Below the pieces are notes generated by a model. That model saw only the letters and a program-made list of their open reading frames with translations, was not told the DNA's origin and did no database searches. Shown here one piece after another: positions 58,195 to 64,000 of a stretch of 64,000 bases of DNA. How positions within the stretch are numbered: the first letter of the stretch is position 1; each line of letters opens with the position of its first letter. The translations under genes were made by a program, and so were the position numbers. Origin of the DNA: an uncultured Sphingomonas sp. (GTDB lineage: Bacteria; Pseudomonadota; Alphaproteobacteria; Sphingomonadales; Sphingomonadaceae); contig NZ_CAXUEK010000004.1 of assembly GCF_964250165.1 (NCBI RefSeq), forward strand, positions 2,660-66,659. Reading direction: 5' to 3'.

Positions 58195-60999
58195 CTACGG
58201 CGCGATGCCGAACGGCTTATAGTTTGTCGCGATCCGGGGCGCCATGAAGATCGCGGCGTCCAGGTCACGCCGGGCATCCGCCGCCTTGTTCTGGTGACTG
58301 TAGATGATGCCGCGCAGATAGAGGCTGCCCGCCTGATCGGGGTTCTGCTCCAGCGCCGCGCCGAGATCGGCCAGCGCATCGTCGAACCGGTTCAGCCGGA
58401 AATAGACCAATGCGCGGCTGTCGAGCGCCGCGCCGGTCGCGTCGCTCAGCTCGATCGCCTTGGTGCAGTCCTTCAGCGCGGTGTCGAGCTGGATCGCCAG
58501 CTGCGCCTTGAGCCAGCAGCGCTCGTTCAGCAGTGAAGGGTCGCCCGGCTTGAGCGCCACGGCTTGGTCCACCGCGGCCAGCGCCGCGTCCCGGTCGCCG
58601 GCCAGCGCCAGCAGGCTCGCCTTGCGCGAGACCATCGCGGCCTTGGCCGTGCCGCCGGCGTCGATCTGCTCCTGCACCAGCGCCAGCGCCTGATCCTTCT
58701 GGCCGTGGGCGATGAGATAGCGGCCGAGCTGGTCGAGATCGTCGGGCGATGCCGGCTCGAGCCTGTGCGCCGCCTCCAGGTCGACGAACGCTTTGGCGTC
58801 CAGGCCGGCGATCTGCTCCGCCGTCGCACGGCTGAGATACCGGTCCGCCGTGGGCGCCAGCGCCACCGCCCTGTCGAGATCGGGCAGCGCCGCCTTCCAG
58901 TCATAGATGCCGCTCAGGAAATTGGCGCGGTTTACATAAGCGTCGACATTGTCCGGATCGGCGGAGATCGCGTCGGCATAAGCAGCCAGGATCGTCTTCA
59001 GCGCTCCCGTCGCTCTCGCATCCTGCACGAGCCGCCAGCGCGGTGGTAGGTCGGCCGGTGCGATCAGCGTCAGCAGCCGCGATTTGGCGAGCGCTACCTT
59101 GGCGCGCATCGCCGCCACGTCGCCGGGGGCGATCTCCGCACCGGTCGCGCTGACCTGGTCGACGGCTTCCACCGCGCCGCCCGCTTGCGTGACGGTGCGG
59201 CGGATGGTGGTTGCGCCCAGCGGCGCGGGGACGGTGCTGTCGCCGTCCAGCGTGTACGCCTTGAGATCGCCGGGCAGCTCGACCCGCATGCGCGCCGTCA
59301 TCGCCGCGGGTCCACCGGTGCTGACCGGCAGCGCCTGTCAGGCGGCACGCGAGCGGTCGGGATCGAATTCGAGCTTGCCCACCGTGCGGTCAAGCGGCAG
59401 CCGCCAGCGACCGTCGAGCCGGGTCCACAAGGTTGTGACCGTGCTCGTCGCGTCCACCGTCGCCACGGCCTCGACGGGATCATAAGCGAGCGTGTAGCCG
59501 GTAATCACCGCGTCGCCGCCGATGATGTCCGAGACCATCTTCTGGACCGCCTGGTCCTTCTGGTCCTTGCTGCCCTGCGTCTTGGCCATGCCCAACAGCG
59601 CCGCCGCCGCGCCGCGCACCGTCACCTTCAGGTGCGCGACGGCCGGCAGCAGCACGCCGGCGCGCTGATCGAGGTCGATCGCAACCTCCGCCTGCGGCCG
59701 CGCCGGCGGCTGCGTCGGCACGCGCAGCAGTTCGGCGCCGGTGGCGCGCAGCGGCAGCACCCAGCGCAGCGGCGGCACGTCCCCGATGTCGGGAAAGCGC
59801 GTCCCCGCGCCGGTGTCGTCGAGCCAGTAATCCTTGCCCGTGATCGTGGCGTGGACCAGCACGTGATTGAAGGCCGCCGCGCTCGGCAGCCGCTCGGGCA
59901 CCGCATCGCCCAGATCGGCGCTGGCCAGCACCGCCTCTGCCGGCACGCCCAGCTCGTGCAGCAGCGCCAGCAGCAGCACCGTCTTGGCCTTGCAGTCGCC
60001 GTAGCGCAGCGTCCAGGTCTGCTCGGCGGGCTGGGGCACGTAATTGCCCTTGTCGAGGCCATTGAAGAGGTAGCGGACCTTGCTCTGCACCAGCTCCAGC
60101 GCGGCGTCCGCGCGCTTGAGCGGATCGCTCTGCGCCGCCGCGATCGCCGCCGCCTCGTGCGCAAGCGCGCCGCCGGGCGTGATCGCGCGGTCGACGGCGT
60201 AATAGGGCGCCATTACCTTGGACACTGCCGCCCAGTCGGCGAAGCTGGCCGCCTCGACGATCGGCAGTTTGCGAAAGCGCAGCGGCGTGTCGGCGGGCAA
60301 TTCGGCGGGCTTGGGCAGCACCCCGGTGAGCACCAGCTCGCGCTCGCCGCCGACGCTCGTCAGCTGCGGCGCAGTACCTTCGGCCGATACTTTCCACCTG
60401 ATCGGCGCGGCGGCGGGCCAGAGCAGCCGGGTGCGCGCGAAGCCGACGCGCGCTGGCGCGGCCGGCGCCTGGAGCACGTCCTGGACGCCGCCGCCGAGCG
60501 CATCCTCCTTGCGCGTCACCGTGACGACGGTGTGCAGCACGTCGCCGACCTGCAACCCCTCGACGGCCAGCGTCGCGGTGAGCTGCCCGTCGATCGCCAT
60601 CCGCTCCAGCTGCTGCTCGCGGCGGATGACGGTGAACTGCCTGCCGCCCGCCAGCGCGTCGATGTGCTGGCCGCCGCGGAGGATCTCGACCTTGTGGACC
60701 AGCAGGTCTCCCTTGGCCGGGCTCCATTCGATCGTGATCGTGCCCGCCTGCTGCACCACCTCCGGCGACGCCATGCGCGTCGCCACATCACGATAGGACC
60801 AGACCGTCCCCTCGGCGAGCCGGTCCTGCTGGTCGAGCGTCAGGAACAGCGGCGCGTCCTCGCCGAGCTTGGTCGGGTCGATTGCCGGCGCGGGCGTCAC
60901 CCAGGCGGGCGCCGGTTGGTAGAGCGGCTTGTCCGAGGCCTGTACCGCTCCCGCCGCCGCGCCGAGCAGCAGCCCTCCGATCACCCCCGACTTTCGCAT
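58195..60999 (-). pseudogene. Secreted DUF3857 / transglutaminase-like / TPR protein interrupted by one in-frame TGA at 59338-59340
   Basis: Signal peptide, GDCKAKT.LL, FNHVLV, C-terminal TPRs; the two ORF-track halves are in the same frame (gap 36 nt) with continuous protein-like sequence RAA*QALPV. Confidence 0.8.
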
Positions 61000-61121
61000 C
61001 ACGACCCCTTGTGATTGACGCCGCCTTGTCCCCGCGGCGCGTGCAGGCAAAACATGGATCGGCGTGAAGAAGGCGTCAACGCGCAAGCGGAAGGCTGCAC
61101 CGCTAGCGCGAGCCAACGCCG

Positions 61122-63068
61122 CTACTTCGCGTGATAGAAGTCGTACACCTGCTGCGCCACCGCCGCCGACACGCCCGGCGCGCGCTGGAGGTCCGCCAGG
61201 CTGGCGTTGCGCACGGCGCGGGCGGTGCCGAAGTGCATCAGCAGCGCCTTCTTGCGCGCCGGGCCGATGCCGGGCACCTCGTCCAGCGGCGACGCGCCGA
61301 TCGCGCGGGCGCGCTTGTCGCGATGGGCGCCGATTGCGAAGCGGTGGACCTCGTCGCGCAGCCGTTGGAGGTAGAACAGCACCGGCGCGTTGGGCGGCAG
61401 CGTGATCTCGCGCCCGTCGAGCAGGTGGAACACCTCGCGCCCCTCGCGGCCATGGTGCGGCCCCTTGGCGACGCCGACCAGGCAGACATCCTCGATGCCG
61501 AGATCCTCCAGCACGGCCTTCGCGGCATTCAGCTGGCCGCGCCCGCCGTCGAGCAGCACGAGATCGGGCCAGGTGCCCGCATCGCGGTCGGGCGCCTCCT
61601 CCAGCTGGCGCGCGAAGCGGCGGGTCAGCACCTCGCGCATCATCGCGAAGTCGTCCCCCGGGGCGGTGTCCTTGTTGCGGATGTTGAACTTGCGATACTG
61701 GCCCTTGCGGAAACCTTCCGGCCCCGCGACCACCATCGCGCCGAGCGCATGGGTGCCCTGGATGTGGCTGTTATCGTAGACCTCGATGCGGTCGGGCGGC
61801 TCGGGCAGCTCGAACAGCTCGGCGACCTCGCGCAGCAGCTTCGCCTGCGTCGTGCTCTCGGCGAGCCGGCGTTCCAGCGCCTCGACGGCGTTGCGCTTGG
61901 CCTGGTCGAGCAGCCGCCGCCGCGTGCCGCGCTGCGGTGTGCCGAGCGCCACCTTGCGCCCCGCCTGGGTCGCCAGCGCCTCGGCGAGCAGCGCCTGGTC
62001 GGGCAGCGCGCGATCGATGAAGACGGTGCGCGCGGGCGGCACCTCCTCGTAGAACTGGGTCAGGAAAGCGGCGAGCACCTCGTCGTCGGGCACATCCGCG
62101 ACATGGCCGGGGAAGAAGCTGCGATGCCCCCAATTCTGGCCGCCGCGGATGAAGAAGGCCTCGATCCCGACGACGCCGTTCTTGCTCGCCAGCGCGAAGA
62201 TATCGGCGTCGCCCACCCCCTCGGCGTTGATGAACTGCGTGCCCTGGATGAAGGTCAGCGCGCGCAGCCGATCGCGCAGCACCGCGGCGAGCTCGAAGTC
62301 CATCGCGCCGGCGGCGGTCTCCATCTGCGCGCCCAGCTTCGCCTGCACGTCGGTCGCCTTGCCCGCCAGGAACTTCTTGGCGTCGCCCACCAGCTCGGCA
62401 TAGCCGCCGGCGTCGATGCGGCCGACGCACGGCGCCGAGCAGCGCTTGATCTGGTAGAGCAGGCACGGCCGGTCGCGCGTCTTGAAGAAGCCGTCGGTGC
62501 AGGAGCGCAGCAGGAACAGCTTCTGGAGCGCGTTCAGCGTGTTGTTGACGCTGCCGGCGCTGGCGAACGGGCCGTAATAATCGCCCTTCATGCGCCGCGC
62601 GCCGCGATGCTTCTGGATGCGCGGGAAATCCTGGTCGCCGCGCAGCAGGATGAAGGGGAAGCTTTTGTCGTCGCGCAGCAGGACGTTGTAGGGCGGCCGG
62701 TAGCGCTTGATCAGTTGCGCCTCCAGCAGCAGCGCCTCGGCCTCGTTGTTGGTGGTGACGATGGTCATCGAGCGCGTCTGCGAGACCATGCGCTGGAGCC
62801 GCTTGGGCAGGTTCCTGATCTGCGTGTAGTTGGTGACGCGGCTCTTCAGCGCGCGCGCCTTGCCGACATAGAGCACGTCGCCCTTGGCGTCGTGCATCCG
62901 GTAGACGCCGGGCGCGGGCGGCAGCGTCTTCAGCACGTTGCGGATGGCCGCGACCCCGGCGTCGAGGTCCGGCGTGTCGGTGCCGCGGACGGTGAAGGTC
63001 GCCTGCTCCTCATGGAAGCGGTGCGCCTCGCGCGGGGTATCGGGTCGTCCGGCGAAGGTGCGCGACAT
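61122..63068 (-). CDS. uvrC: Excinuclease ABC subunit C
   Basis: PGVYRM, YVGKA..LK.RV..Y GIY-YIG, PPYNVLLRDDKSFP, IEVYDNSH, LLDGGRGQL, RDEVHRFAI, HhH GIGP. Confidence 0.98.
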   Translation of the reverse strand: MSRTFAGRPDTPREAHRFHEEQATFTVRGTDTPDLDAGVAAIRNVLKTLPPAPGVYRMHDAKGDVLYVGKARALKSRVTNYTQIRNLPKRLQRMVSQTRSMTIVTTNNEAEALLLEAQLIKRYRPPYNVLLRDDKSFPFILLRGDQDFPRIQKHRGARRMKGDYYGPFASAGSVNNTLNALQKLFLLRSCTDGFFKTRDRPCLLYQIKRCSAPCVGRIDAGGYAELVGDAKKFLAGKATDVQAKLGAQMETAAGAMDFELAAVLRDRLRALTFIQGTQFINAEGVGDADIFALASKNGVVGIEAFFIRGGQNWGHRSFFPGHVADVPDDEVLAAFLTQFYEEVPPARTVFIDRALPDQALLAEALATQAGRKVALGTPQRGTRRRLLDQAKRNAVEALERRLAESTTQAKLLREVAELFELPEPPDRIEVYDNSHIQGTHALGAMVVAGPEGFRKGQYRKFNIRNKDTAPGDDFAMMREVLTRRFARQLEEAPDRDAGTWPDLVLLDGGRGQLNAAKAVLEDLGIEDVCLVGVAKGPHHGREGREVFHLLDGREITLPPNAPVLFYLQRLRDEVHRFAIGAHRDKRARAIGASPLDEVPGIGPARKKALLMHFGTARAVRNASLADLQRAPGVSAAVAQQVYDFYHAK

Positions 63069-63101
63069 GGCTCGCCATTTAGGCGCGCCGGACTCGCCCG
63101 G

Positions 63102-63224
63102 CTAGAGTCGCGCGCGGCCGATCCCGGGCAGCAGCATGCCCGTGGTGCGGCGGTAGCGGCGGTACTCGTCGCCGAACAGGCCGATCAGGTCGCGTTCCTC
63201 GTGCCCGATCGCGACGGCGCCGTG
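63102..63224 (-). pseudogene. C-terminal remnant of an ICMT/MddA-like methyltransferase gene
   Basis: Unlisted frame reads HGAVAIGHEERDLIGLFGDEYRRYRRTTGMLLPGIGRARL*, matching the EE..L...FG..Y..Y....GMLLP tail of ICMT-family proteins. Confidence 0.65.
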
Positions 63225-63875
63225 TCAGCGACGCGCCCGCCAGTGAAAAAAGGAGTAGATCATGGGCGGCAGCGCCGCGATGACGATCGCCGCGATCACC
63301 AGCGCCTGGCGCGTCGGGGCCGCCAGCGGCAGCACGCCGGCCGCGACCATCAGCAGCCCGCCGGCGATGAAGGTCCACGCGCCCAGCCGGTGCGTGGCCA
63401 CCCAATTGTCCTCGTCCAGGATCGCCCAGGGCGTGCGGATACCGACGAAGAAGCCGGGGCGCGACTTGGGCAGCATGTTGCCGATCGCGATCAGGAGCAC
63501 GCCGCCCGCCGCCAGCACCAGCGTCGCCGGCGGACGCAGGCCGAAGGCGGGGCCGGCGATCATCGCTTCGGTCACCGCCATCATGCCGAGCAGCCCCGCC
63601 CAGGCGGTGACAAGCAGCGCGCGGCTGCGCTCCAGCCGCTCCTGCAGCGGCTCCAGGCGCGGCAGCGCGACGAACAGCGCCGACAGGCCGAGCGTCAGCA
63701 GCACGGGCAGGAACAGCGCGGTCGCGGCATCGGCGAAACCGTCCGCCTCGCCGGCGGCGTTCCAATGCGTCGGCAGCTGCGCACCGGCCGGATAACGCTG
63801 CAGCGCGACCAGCGCCACCAGTGCGAGTCCCGCGCAGACCGCCCCCGCGGCCCAGGTCATGTGGCGATAGGTCAT
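63225..63875 (-). CDS. sdpI: SdpI family immunity-type membrane protein (DUF1648 + SdpI)
   Basis: LP.HWNAAGEADG, IGN.LPK..P..FVGIRTPW...E.NW..THR; six TM helices. Confidence 0.9.
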   Translation of the reverse strand: MTYRHMTWAAGAVCAGLALVALVALQRYPAGAQLPTHWNAAGEADGFADAATALFLPVLLTLGLSALFVALPRLEPLQERLERSRALLVTAWAGLLGMMAVTEAMIAGPAFGLRPPATLVLAAGGVLLIAIGNMLPKSRPGFFVGIRTPWAILDEDNWVATHRLGAWTFIAGGLLMVAAGVLPLAAPTRQALVIAAIVIAALPPMIYSFFHWRARR

Positions 63876-64000
63876 GCGTCCTCCCTGCCCTCGCCCGCCC
63901 CGAGCCGGCCCATGAAGGCGAGCATCACGCTCTCCAGCGCCGACAGGTTGAGCGTATAGATGGTGGTCGTGCCGCGGCTCTCGCCCTGGATCAGGCCGGC
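63872..64000 (-). CDS. ArsR/SdpR family autorepressor (3' end only; runs off the window)
   Basis: AGLIQGESRGTTTIYTLNLSALE is the ArsR wing region; ATGA coupling to sdpI. Confidence 0.8.
   Translation of the reverse strand, partial: AGLIQGESRGTTTIYTLNLSALESVMLAFMGRLGAGEGREDA

Noticed and set aside
59338-59340. TGA as selenocysteine or a genome-wide Trp recoding
   Set aside because: Not a redox-site context, no SECIS-like hairpin evident, and TGA is used as a normal stop throughout the window

Overview
High-GC alphaproteobacterial chromosome segment, most consistent with Sphingomonas or a close sphingomonad (gcrA, petABC, PEPxxWA-CTERM protein, alphaproteobacterial REP-type repeats). It is mostly housekeeping: pyrD, ggt, acyl-CoA ligase, M16 peptidase, the nifU-tsaB-rimI-fur-miaB-phoH-ybeY-corC block, lnt-metK, ychF, apt, petABC, trmL, hemF, lipB, queCE, hslO, argDF, parE, gcrA, metZ-apaG, leuB, recO and uvrC. 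No rRNA, tRNA, CRISPR array, transposase or integrase is visible. Accessory signals are: (1) an AT-richer islet at 15.08-15.76 kb where two orphan ORFs are delimited by related imperfect palindromes that overlap their stop codons, resembling a gene-cassette array with non-integron sites; (2) a MITE-like palindromic repeat family with two copies inserted in frame inside genes and two placed as ribosome-binding sites; (3) a candidate CUCCC-motif sRNA in the hslO 3' region; (4) a vapBC module coupled to ybeY; (5) several orphan gene 3' tails next to inserted DNA; and (6) a single in-frame TGA splitting a DUF3857/TPR gene. All calls come from motif recognition by eye. No database search was run.
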